Positions 25,301 through 38,300 of a stretch of 64,000 nt of DNA are shown here, piece after piece. The stretch lies in NCBI GenBank assembly GCA_044892505.1, contig CM097883.1, positions 158,596,001-158,660,000 on the forward strand, in the 5' to 3' direction. Every line of letters starts with the position of its first letter. The stretch's first letter is position 1. The notes below the pieces were generated by a model, which searched no databases, was not told the DNA's origin, and saw only the letters and a program-made list of their open reading frames with translations. A program made the translations under genes and the position numbers. Source of the DNA: Schmidtea nova (lineage: Eukaryota).

Positions 25301-26124
25301 TATATATATGTATGAGATAAATAATTATTTAATCTTTTAATATTGTAAATAAAAATACAGTTTTTGTGAATTTTTGAAAAATTTGAAAATATTTATGTAT
25401 GAAGACTAGATTCTGATAGTCATGGTGAAATATCAAATGCTTCTGAACGAGTTCTAAAATCTATCATAAAGAAGAAAATACGAAAATAATATTGGAAGAG
25501 AAGCGGACACAAAGAACCGAAAAAAGCCGCAAATAAACTAATAATATGTTGCAAGATAGAAGATGAAGAAATAAAAGCACTATTAGACACCGGTGCAAAT
25601 TTAAATGTCTTAAGTTAAAGGTTGGCAGAGTTGATATTGGAAAGAATTCTAAAGGTTCACCTGACACAATCAAAAGTAAAAGTGGTTTATGCTAATCGTA
25701 GTAAAGGGCAGAGTGAAGATCAACTAGAGCTGAAATTAAATCTGAGAACACGAACCACAGTTCACAAATTTGAGGTAATGAAAGGAATGTTTCACATCTA
25801 CATTGTTAAAATTGTATTAAACAACTGGGATAGAGTATGCTCCTCTTATAAGATTATATTGAAGAAGATGAAAAAAAAACCCATTTTTTTCAAAACCAAA
25901 ATCACCAACAACTTTAACTTCTAAAGGCACCTCCGAGACGTTCAGGAGCGGTGATTGAAAGTATGAACGCATAATGAATCAATGAAAGCGAGTTCGAAAA
26001 TGATGAAAATAGCAAAAGCATAGAGATGAATGTTCATAACTGTTTATTTACAAGTAATAAAAAGAATATGAAGGAAAGAAGCTGTTTATTGCAGATAGAT
26101 TATCTACATGTAATAATGAATATA

Positions 26125-28110
26125 CACCAAAACCTCGATTTGCGTCGTCCCAATTTGCGTTGTTTTGAAGTTGCGTCGTTCATAAATTTTTGTAATTTCA
26201 AAGTTGCGTCGTTAAACTTTCTATTTGCGTTTCTTAAATTTAAAACGGGGATTCCCAATTTTTTCAGTCATATCTAACAAAATTAGAATGTTTCTTTAAT
26301 AGAAAGAATAAACAATAAAACCACACCTACAATTGTTTCTGGGACCATGGAGCGAGTCATAATGCAATATATTTCTAGGAATAAATAAAAATGGAGGATG
26401 GGCTACACAAATATTATCAAACATAAACAATTTAATAGAGAATTCAGAGATTTTCTTTAACCGAAAATATTATTTAGATTTGTGTTTTTTTATTCTGTCT
26501 AGTCTGTAGTGAGTATAGTTTTGTTTCATTATTTCAAAAATTCGTTAAATACTCACTCGTTCTAAGAACTCGCAATAATTCAAAATTTTATGTAAAAATA
26601 TAGAGTTTTGAATAATTATTCCTGCAGTAAGGTTAATAAAATTTAGTTAAAAGAAGTTAAAATAAGCCAAAAGCGAAAACAAATTAGTTTGAAACAAAAA
26701 TTAGAAGTGTTAAAGCGATTTAAATCTGGAGAAAAAGCCGTTGACATTGGAAGAAATCTTGGTTTAGCTCCTACTACAGTAAGCACAATTTGTAATCGAG
26801 ATGCTGATCAAATAAGAGAGTTTGCTAAATGCTACACCATTACAATCTAAACAAATTACCAAAACAAGAAGTTCTACTATGGTAAAAATGGAGTCTCTTC
26901 TTAGCATTTGGATAGAAGACCTAAGTCAGCGAAGAATGTCACTGAGCAAAATGTTGATTCAAAACAAAGCTTTTAGTATTTTTAACGATGTTCAAAAAAA
27001 TTCTCCATCATCTAGCAGTGAAAATTTAGATAAATGTGAAGCCAGTCAAGGTTGGTTCGAACGTTTTAAAACTAGAAGGTGTTATATCCAACTTTAAATG
27101 TTGTTATTTACGACGAACGTTTAGCAACTTATTGTAGCAACTGATGGAGATGATAATACCACCATGAAGCAATTCTGGAAAAATTATAACATCATGATGG
27201 CTATCAAAAATATCAACTAATCATGGATGGAAATAAAAACAATTTGCATGAATGGTGTTTTGCGAGAAATATGGCCAGAATGTGTTTGTAAACCTACAAA
27301 GGAAGTTAATGCTCTACCATCTATTCGTAGAGAACTTGCTGAATTAGCTAGAGAAGCAAACTTTGAAGGTATGGAAGAGAATGATATTGATGAGTTACTG
27401 GTATCACACGATGAAGGGTTTACTAATGAAGATTTGATTGCTGTAAGATCTTTTGAGCATGCTTTGCTGTTGGGCATGCTTTGGAGGATGATACGGATAC
27501 ACGTGATGTTATTCCAGAATCAAAAAATTTAACGACTGGTCATATTTCAGAAGCGATGCAACACATTTCACAAGCAATGGACATATTTTCAGATAATGAT
27601 CCCGACGAAAATCGAAGTTTAAAAGTGGCAAAATCTGTAGCTGACGCTATCAATTGTTATAAAGAACTTTATTTGGAAAACAGGCAAATAAAATTCAGCA
27701 AACTTTGGATAATTTTTTAACAAAATCAGCACGACAAAAAAAATCAGTCAACAGAAACGGTTATCGAGTTAGAATCTTCAAGTTCGGAATAAAAAAATAA
27801 ATTATCTAAACTATAACTGAAAATTATAATTATTTTGGTGTTTATTGAATTTTTTTAATTTTATTTATTATTTTTTATGTTTTCTTATTAAGTTTTATAT
27901 GTTTTTAACTTATTTTGAATTAAAAGATTTTGTTGCATTAAATATGTGTGTATGTATTTTTTATTAGAAACAAGATTCTGAATTTTTTCTATAAATATTT
28001 CAGTCTGGAACCAATTAAGGGAAAACATGAAGAAACCCTTAAGAAAAATTATTTCGATTTGCGTCGTTTTTCTTTGGTCCCTATTACCGACGCAAATCGA
28101 GGTTTTGGTG
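26125..28110 (+). mobile_element. Tigger-like (pogo superfamily) DNA transposon, internally deleted
   Basis: Perfect 23-bp TIRs CACCAAAACCTCGATTTGCGTCG with TA TSDs; CENP-B-type HTH (KRKQISLKQKLEVLKRFKSGEK...ASQGWFERFK) and TIGD1-like C-terminus. Confidence 0.92.
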
Positions 28111-28199
28111 TATTCTTATTAAGATTATTGCACAAGAAAAGTGGGTAATTAGTCAACAAGTGTTTGTACTGTTAATATTAGATGGGAGGAAGTATTTCT

Positions 28200-28480
28200 T
28201 GGTGCTACAGATTCACGAAAAGACGTCGCCTTTCAATTCGTATTTTGACATTATTTCTCAGTCCAGCCAGCTGAATGTCAGGATAAAATTCAAATATTTC
28301 AAGATTAATAAAGTTAAAGTTACACAAGACATCAATCACTGCCATATTACTAATATAGATAAAGTACCTCTTACATTCGTCATACCAATGAATCATACAG
28401 TTGTTCCACTTATAGTAATTTTTAAAAGAAAAACTACAGAAAGAAAATTTTCCAGAAAGTATTATCATATTAGATCGGAA
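28200..28480 (+). mobile_element. pogo/POGK-like transposase fragment
   Basis: ITNIDKVPLTFVIPMNHTV resembles the pogo NMDEVPLTFD.P...TV motif. Confidence 0.55.
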
Positions 28481-31400
28481 TAACATAAATACATCATAAC
28501 ACAGTGTGGAAAGCCTACCTAGAAATTCTTTATATGAAAGTTAAATTTTAGAAAGTGAATGATCATTACAACACAAATGCGTTATCATTCACCACAAGTG
28601 CAAAGTGTAGACTAAAACATAAAGAACCAATAAGCAAAAAATTGTGACAGTATACCAAGATGAGAGGTTGACTAGTAATACAACAATCCGAAAGAATGAT
28701 ATGTCATTTACGTCAAAACAGTTTATTTGATGTGGAATAAATTATGAAATGGATAAACGAGGATTAAACTAGAAGGAATACTGAACTATGGAAATATGTA
28801 AACAAAATGGAATTGAAAGAAAAAAAACAAGTATTGTCAAAATAATTCTGGAACATGAAAGTAGAATTAAGCAATTGGGTATTTGTTAAAGTTAAGTAGA
28901 AGAGATATTTGGAAATTCAATATTATAATTCATATGAAATTATAAAGAAGATTAACCAATAGACAATGAAACTTAAAATAAAAATTATGGGAAAATTACC
29001 CAACACAATTATAATCATTCCACGTAAATCGGATGACATTTTGACAGATAAGAAATGATTGCAGGACTATCATAAAATTTAAAAAGCAAAAGAAGTCAGC
29101 TATAATAAACGGAAATAGTGAAAAAATAACTAGAGAATAAAAAAGTAGAAACGATAAGATAAAATAGAAACAAAAAGCCGGCCTATTTCAAAGATTTCGA
29201 TGATATATCAAAATAAAGGTAAAAGAAAGTTTAAAAATTGGTGGGGAATATGAGATAAAGAATAATTTTGTGTTTTAATGTTGTAAATATAAATATATAT
29301 TTTGTGAATATTTGAATTTGATTGAGTTCAATATTTTGTAGAATAGATTTCAGATTATTATTTTGTTTTCAATGGCACAAAATAACAATTATCTGTACAC
29401 TTGGTTTAAATATATTAAATAGATCTCAAATAGTGATAGACACTTTCTATGTCATTGACGAAAAATAAAAATATTTTGGATAAGATTTTATAAATTTAAT
29501 ACAAGAAAAAATGTAAAAAAACTAGTAACAATTATCTATTTCGAAGGATATATCAGTACTTAAAAACCTTAAGTTAAGAATTAGTTATACAATTTTTATA
29601 CAAAATTATTGTTTTTTATTTTATCAACATATATATTTACCATTGTATGTACGTCCGTAACTTTGCATTATATTATTTTTAAGATAAATTATATATTTAT
29701 ATACTATGGATATAAATAAGTAATAATTTTAAAAAGTGCGACCTTCATTTAACGGTCTTTATAGTCAATTGTGTCAGTCTATCATATGGTATTTACGGGT
29801 AACAACTCGTTTAAGGATGAAATACATTATGCAAAGTAAACTGTTTCATAAATATACCAAAAATAAATACTGAAAGATTTTCAGCCACAAAATAACATAC
29901 AAATGCACCGAAAACTAATTGTAAATCAATAAAAATAGCAAAATACAAAAAGTAACAAAATTAAGTCCAAAATTAATTTAAATATTAAAAATCAATATTT
30001 TGCGGGGTGAAAGATATGGGTGGATGCCGAATGATGAGACAAATTCAAATATAATAATATAAAATCAATGGAGGGGTTCTCAGAAATATATATTAAGAAA
30101 ATACATACTAATTAAAAATTTAATTAATTAATGCGAAATCCGAGCCAATGGAAAACTAAACTCTGTGGAAACTCGAGTCATCGATATCCTAGGAAATAAT
30201 TCTTAAAGAACGGTATGTAAAAGCGTGTTTTAAAATATTTAATGAATTTCTTGAAAAGACCAAGTTTCAAATGCAAAAAGAACAATACTTTCTTTTTGAA
30301 TAATCGGTTGATTTTCAACACTATGTTGTCCTACAATACAGGGTTGGTGTCTGTCTGTTCTACTCGATATGGATGTATATTTTACTACTTTGAGCACGAA
30401 AGAGACAAAATACATATGGATTTGCAATGTTACCAGCTGCATTGAATCCCAAATAATATTCACAAAATCTTCCATTTCTCTTCATTCTATTTCAAATATC
30501 CCGTGAGAGATATGTAACATTTTTTAGTGTTTCTCTATTGTGCTACAAGAATAAGAGATATTGAACTATCTGTTTTCAAAAGTGCAGCTTTTAAACCAGT
30601 AATGAAACCATCTAAAAATATCAAGAAGTATCTCGCTACAGTTGCCTCATGAGGCATTTATTAGTCCGAATGTGTCATTACAATAACAGCAATTATTATC
30701 TTCTTTTAAAATTCCGTGAATTCGACGCATCTGTTTTCACATGGAGGTAAGTCACTTCTTCTAAAACATCAACTGCTCCAAGTATTTTGCGAAATTTTTC
30801 ACTTCCGGTTTTGCTTATATACCGTTTTTTGACATGATCAGCAAAACTGGTCTATTTCGCCATGTTGATTTGAGAGTATATTCGTCTACTTTTGTTGGTG
30901 TAAAACGGCTCGTTTTTTGTCTCGGCTATTTCCTCAGATATTTTAGTATTGTTATCTAATACTTCTTCTGAAAAAAGGTAGAGGGCTTTGTCACTAGTTT
31001 AGCTTCATTATGTGTAACTAGTGCTCTGCTGGAGTCTAAACATGGATAAACTGACTTTATTCGTCCACAACCCATTGACGATAAACATAAATATGAATCA
31101 CTCTTGCCATAAACGCAGAACACCATTATCCCACTCTTATAATATACTAATAATATACACATGTATGTATATCTTGTGTTATATTCAAAACAAAGTAAAT
31201 ATTCTAAGCTATGGCCAACTCCGAATTTACAACAAATGAATATTTCTGTGCCTTTATGTTGAGAAAATGACCACAAATATAACAAAACTGATCTTTAGCA
31301 TGCTTGCAAACGCGTCCAGACATCTTTCAGATAGTGAGATAATTTCTAGTGTCGAAATATAATTTTAATAAATATAAGTATTTTGCGAAATTCTTCACTT

Positions 31401-34400
31401 TCGGTTTTGCTTAAATACAGTTTTTGATCAAGGGAAATCGTTTCAAGACATAGGTATAGAAAATTTAACGTGGAATCATGATAAAGTTTTAATTTAATAT
31501 TCGATGCGATTTCTAAAAACTTATAACATTAAAATAAATTACTCAACCCTCTTTATAATTCTATAAATTGAAAAATAAAACTATAATTTAGATGCAATTT
31601 ATATGATTTTAAAAGATAAGACCATAAAAATTGGGCTGAGTTATAAGAGTAAATTGAATTTATGATTAATTCAACCTTCACAAGAACTATTGTTCAAACT
31701 CTTAAAGAAAGAATTTTTGAAAAGCACATTTATGTTGAGTATACCTAAATAGTAAATTAAATATCATCACAAATTAAATCAAATTATTGGGCGGAATTGG
31801 ACAGGATAAATGATGTGACATTTTGAAATTCGGAGAATGAAGAAGGAAGAGTAAATATGGAGAAATGAGAATATGGCAGCAAAATAAAAAAAATCGAACA
31901 ATTAGTCAGAAAATATCATTCCTAATTAAGAAGTACGAAAAGGATAAAGGAATTTTGAAATTGAAAGACAAAAACAAGAAGAAAATTTTTATCTTAAGAG
32001 TCTGTCAGAGATATCAGGATTGCAGGAGAAAAAGTCGGAATAACAAAAATGTAACCATGGCAAGTTTCGTCAGCTGTCAGTGACAATGCGGGAGCTAGGA
32101 GAAAATATGAAGTATGCTGGAACCAAAAACGGGAAAAGCAAAATGTATCTCGAGAGCCAGAAAATAAAAAAGCCAGTTATAAAAGGGAAAGCCACAGTAG
32201 TTTAATTAGAGAATTTAGATTGAGAAATTCAAATTCGAAAATTTAGATTGGAAGAAAAATTAAAGGCTTGGAAAAATTACATAAATTACATTGGATAAGT
32301 TATATAATTTGAATATTTATATTGAAAAGAAAAAGAGAACGAAGTAAACGAGAATTAGAAAAGAGTCGAAGTATATTAAATAAAGTAGTTAGTCAAAACA
32401 TGAAAAGAACCAAAAACAATTGCCAATTATTGAATCTAAATCAGTAGTCAGTGATTGTTGTATTCTAGGCATTATACATTAGGGCTATTCCTCACTAAGT
32501 GTTGTAATAAGCTCAACACCTATTTTGGTGTTGAATTGATCTTGTCATTGTAAATTGTGTAATCAACTGTGATAATCAATAAATGTTTATGTTGTCTGAA
32601 AATTGTTGTTTTGTGGATCAAATAAAAGACGCTTTAAAGTCAGAGAATTAATTAGTAAATTTCGATTTCACCAACAACCCAATAACCAAACATTTACCAA
32701 AAATAGAATATGGTTACTTCTGATAAAAAGTAAAACATCGATTTTACTATAAAAATGAAATTCGAATTATATTTAGTTTTAATAAAAGAAGATACGAATG
32801 ATAAAAGAGTATTGCATATATTTTGAACTTGTGAAAGTCATTAAATAATTAAACGACCGAAAGTATCGAGGAAAGGTAGGTAATGTTAGAGCTTTTAAAA
32901 AACATAGAATGGCAAAATTCTTTTAAACGAAATGCGGTGTAAAATATAAAGGAATTAAATCAAATTAAATTAAGTGATAAATTAATTTTTTTGAATTAAC
33001 AAGCTATTTAATAAATTACAATTTACCTTATTTCCCCGCATATATCCCACGGATAGGTATAACCAGCACTCTCACGTAACGCGTGAATTTTAACTAAATC
33101 AGTAAAAAAAGAATTGATATGCTTCGTACCATTGATATATCAATGTTTGATAAAGCCCGCAACCTCATGTGGGGTCTGTAAGATTTGGTAAAGCCCGCGG
33201 GACATATGTGGGAATATACGGAAATAAACGATTGTATGAATACATTCTGATGATTTAAAGTTTGTCTAATGCAAAATTGTTAAAATTAAATTTTCGATAA
33301 AAGAATCTTTAAAATAAATAAATTTTAGAATAAAACTTTTAATAGGGACGTTATGAGCACAAAAGGCAATGTCGGAACTATGGTGACTTTGATGGTAAAT
33401 TTCATTAGGCCTCCAGAAAATAATGAAATAAATGCAGATGTCCAAAATTATATTCAAGAACCCGATAGATTTTGAAGTCATCGTAATTTTAGAAGAATAA
33501 AGAATCAACAAATGAAAAAAAAGTTTTGCTGATGAATTAAAGGAAATTTAAGATATCGACGATTTAAGCTAAGAAAATGAAACTGCAACTGACTTTCTAA
33601 ATAAATAGATAAATTATCAAATCTCATTCACATTCATAAACTTAGCGAGAAAGAACTCCGGAAACCTTTAATTGGTTAGAAAATAATAAGTTAAAATTAG
33701 AATTAAAATTTGTTGAAGAATTAGATTAAATAAACATGAAAAGTATATAAGATAAAAACTACAACTAATTGTAGAATAGCAGCAATTAAAAACGTCAAAA
33801 ATGCCTTTATCGTTAGAATGACCAAATTTATAAAATAAAATTTTAAACTTCGAATAATTATGAAAGGAAATATAAACCTTCCGATGATCATCAAATGGAA
33901 ACAAGTCAAACAAAATAAAAGTACAATTCAATCCAATATTTTTATCCAACCAATCAACGAAGACTTGAAGCATTTTCATTTCAGAAAGATTATCGATTAA
34001 AATTCAAATGAGATGGGTATTCCAAACTAAAAAAATTTACAAACGTTAATTATCGTGTTAATTAATGCCTTGCGCAGAGATCGAACAATGGGCGACAGTG
34101 ACTAGAACCAGATGCAGCTGTTCAAGGAGATATTTTAAGTGATATCATCAATAAGGAATGTATGGTTGAAACAAGGGATGATTGTTATGTTTTGAATGAC
34201 GAAAACTAAAAATGTTTTATATTAATTATAAATTGTTTGACTGATTCAAATATATGTAGCGATTGTGTATTGACAAATGGATGATAGATGATTTAGGATG
34301 CAATAAGGATTTTAATTTTTACGATTCTGTTTGCATTCTTAGCAATAATGACTATTATTAAATGTGATCAATTAAATGATTATGGTAGGTAGCATTGAAA

Positions 34401-35162
34401 TTGAGAACATTTTGATCTATGGTCTAAAAAATGGAAATAAAAGGTTTTAATAATGATTTTAAAAGAAATGGTTAATATAAATTTTATGAAAAAATATTTA
34501 TGATATCAATGTTAAAATGTTGACAATAAGATCTTATTAATATTAACTTTGTTTAAAATCACTAATTGTAAAAATGATATATATTATAGAAAATTTAAAA
34601 AGAAAATTCAGAAATGCATTTAGAATGAGCATTAAAACATATAGATAGGAACTGACCTTCTGGGCTGGCATTTATCGAGATGCATAGAACAAACAATACA
34701 GAGAGAATGAGAGAACTCCACATTTCTCAAATTGTGATTTATCCGAACAGGAATGTTTAAAATTCCAAAATTTATCACCGTCAATAGAAAGTTATCGTTT
34801 GGACAATTTTTGAATTTCAATATCGAATTTTATCAAAATTGCTGAGAAAATTCGATTGGAATAAATGAATTTTATTGGAATAGAGACAATTTTACAACTT
34901 CGATTTCAATTCGACACATACAGTTTCTTTTCTTTACACGACGTCCGCAGAAACAAGCGGGCAATGTGTGCCGTGTAAATGTTATGGGCGAGACGGTGAT
35001 ATTTAGCAAGGCGATTTTCTCGCCTGTACATTCTTGATTCCATTCAGCTTATAATTCTAACCTTTAATCATTATTGATCGATGAAAATGCATTAGAAAAT
35101 ATATCAAATCAATCAAAAACAAATCCATTTATTTAAATCAAATAATTATTTTGTAATAATCA

Positions 35163-35326
35163 TTATTCCACTGGCAACGATTTGTGAGTGAAGCTTAATT
35201 TGCCCTGAGAAAAGTCTTGAACACAGTGGCCCTTGCCCCGTAAAATCCATTTCGATGTCAAGAGACCATCGACCCCAACGGGACCTCTGGCATGAATTCT
35301 CGACGTACTTATTCCGACCTCAGCTC
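35163..35326 (-). CDS. ALDH18A1: P5CS terminal exon
   Basis: [30 protein letters not shown]...LPVE*. Confidence 0.95.
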
Positions 35327-38300
35327 CTGGAATGTATCAATAATTTATTCGCATTTATTAGCTTAGAAAATTTCCAATTACAATGTTTTCTTTTATTTTT
35401 GTTAAATGTCTTAAGCTAGCTTTTGGGAAACAGAGAGTTCGAGAGCACTTACTTTTTTAGTTCTTTGCCAGGTAAGAATACAATAAATTTTGCCTTTGCA
35501 ATTTATGTTGTAGGATTTATTTTCCCCGACAAAAATGTTTGATCCTTGAAAAATTACTTCAATAAATATCAAAATGTCTCCAATGTTTTTTAAACAAGCT
35601 GTACTTGAATATTTTTCCTTCCACAAAGTACAAAAATTTCATTTCCCAATTTTATGGCCATTGAAATTATGAATGTAATCATCAAGGAACTAAATATAAT
35701 TTTTTCCCATTTTTTTCAGTCAATGAATCAATAAAAATCTACTATTCGACACAAATTTTTGGCACTACCTTTTTCAAGTGTTGATTCAAGTCTTAAAAAA
35801 GAAGTGATAAACATTTAGTTCCTAGACAAAAGGATCAAAACAAAAAGATCTAATTTTAATAAGGTCAATCCAAAAAAGGATAAAAATAAAAATGGCTTAA
35901 AAAGTAATGAAATAAAAATAATGAACCTGATAAAAACCTTTTTATAATAATACTTATTTAAAAATCAACTTTATTCTTCATATAAATAGGCATAATTTCA
36001 AGGGATCTCCCAATATTCAAAAGATACAATTTTATCCTTCCCTCTTATCAGACAAGTTCATTAAGACGTTCATTAATAATTTAATATTTTTTTTGAATTG
36101 GAAATTTTATTCAACAGAGTAATTAAAATTTCATTATCTCTGATATATTTTAATAAATTCCAAAACTAATCGTATTGTTGCATTTGGTGTTGTGTCATCC
36201 ACCTGAACCTTTTTGTAATGCTAATTTAATTTTTTTCCAATTTACTAATATTTTTATATATTAAGCTAATTTTGTTTTGACTATTGTCTGTGAATCGAAA
36301 ATCTGTGTTTAACAGGAGAAAATTTTTTTTGATCTATTGTCTGAAAAAAAATCAAATCGAAAAAAGTAAAGAATCAGATAGTTTAACAAACATATCGTTG
36401 ATGCTATCTCACAAGGATCAGTTCATAAAATCATTGTAAATAAAAGTCAGTGAATATTGCTCCTTTTTAAATACTATTTAATGACAGGTATTGTGTCATT
36501 CTGACCATTCTGTTTATCTTAATCTCGTGTTTGAGTAGATACTAGGGAGGGGGTTGTTGCTATGAAATAAAATACAGATTTTTCGATTTAATTAGAAACC
36601 TGATTCGTGAACACAATAATCTAACCTAGTCCAAATCGGTATCCATCGGCAAATCGTGTACTAGCGTTGTGAAACACGCAAGCGCTATCAACATTTTGAA
36701 GGAAAGTAGAAGCTGTTAATTCTAAAAATAATGAAAAATAATTAAAAATGCCTCAAATCTGATGATTTCAATTTATTGTTAATATATTTAAGAAGTTATT
36801 TTAATTTTTTAATTCAATAATTTTCATATTAATATTTATAAGACTAGATCAAAATTAATATATAAATTACTGAATTATTAAAAGAGATCAAAGGTGAAAT
36901 TTATGTTATTTTAATTTTGTTGAAATTTACGATAACCGTGATACACTATTAACACTAAAATTAAATAATTAAAAATTATTGAATATCTTCAAATACAAAA
37001 ACTTTGGAAAATATCAAAAAAATTAATACATTTAGTGTAGGGGTTGCTACTTTCGTCGCCGACACCGCTAAAACAAAAGTCAAATAGATAAAATAAAACA
37101 TTATTTATATTGTTTCTTCTTGTGCTTTTTCGACCAAACATTTCTGTGCTTATTTTAATCTGCTTCTTTATTCGTGCTTTATTCGTCCCTTTTTAAAACA
37201 ACTGCTTTTTAATTATAAATAAAATTTTAAATAAATAATATATATAATAGAAAAACGCTAACTAAGTAAATTCAACATAAACGAGATATATTTCGATTGT
37301 AAAACAATCTTCTTCAGGCAGCAATCAGGATAATCAATAATCAAATAGAAAATATGCAATATCTAAACAAAATTATTGATAATAATCATCTTCATACTAT
37401 ATCAAAATTTAATTTAATTTTTTTATTACATAAAATTTTAAAAATTAATTAATAAGCAAACATTACATTTTTCATAATTCAACATACATTTTTTTTAAAA
37501 ATTAAAATTTTAAAGTTCAACATACAATTTACAAATTAAAAAATGAAAATGTTCACAAAAACAAACATAATTATACCACAAACACAATTCGCAACATTCA
37601 ACATTCAGTTACTTAAACACACTCAAAATATCCGTGGAACGGGCAACTTGATCATTTATTTTTGGATTTAAATATCTAATCAACAATGCCTAACAAGTTA
37701 CTCGTTCCCAATAACTACTTAAACCTTTTGAAATAGGATGTTCCTCTCTTCTTGATTTGTGATGACTAAATGGCTCTTCTGATAGTCTTCTTTGTGATAG
37801 TTTAGGTCTAGTATCTTGAGTATTCTGTTGAATTCTCCTCTTCCCTCCCTCAGTTACGCTATCATATGTTCTTTGACCAATTTTTATAATAAATTCAGTT
37901 TTATTGCTTCCATTCTTGTTACTCTCAAAATTCTTAGCCAATGATCTCGTTTCTTCAATTTTTGTTTCTGGTTTCGTCAATAATATCTCCCTCAGTCTTG
38001 CATCGCGTGCTTTATTTGCGATGAGATCTTGAACAATATTTTCTTCTTATCGACTGTATGCTCGAATTTATATTTTTTAATAGTCGATAACAGCTATGGA
38101 ACTCTTTTGAGGTTAGAATTTTAAGGTGCGTCTTGACTGAAAAATCAGTCAGTTTATATAATAATTTTAAGACACTTAATCTTTCAATAACTTTTGCCAT
38201 TGTTCTACTTCAGTTGATTTTAAAATGAAACTGTTTTCATAACAGAATTATTTTTAATCTTAGAATTGAAAATATTATTTTATTTAGCTGACCTTTTATA

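Larger units (their letters stand above)
25450..29240 (+). mobile_element. Highly decayed Gypsy element (protease ... integrase), split by a Tigger insertion
   Basis: ALLDTGANLNVLS aspartic-protease motif at ~25575; integrase-like debris near 28580; purine tract near 29235. Confidence 0.45.

Noticed and set aside
29630-29760. Candidate collagen signal-peptide exon (MKVALFKIITYLYP / MQSYGRTYN with phase-1 donor)
   Set aside because: The hydrophobic part and the donor are in different frames with an intervening stop; no consistent splice model.
30240-31420. Possible Tc1-like relic with ~55-bp direct repeats at 30781 and 31378
   Set aside because: Motifs too degraded to assign by eye.
31800-34130. 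Further Gypsy-like debris
   Set aside because: Only faint motif traces; boundaries not supportable.
35996-36051. Second hammerhead-like motif (CTGATAA...GAAA, minus)
   Set aside because: Core G8 is changed to A and stems I and III do not form.
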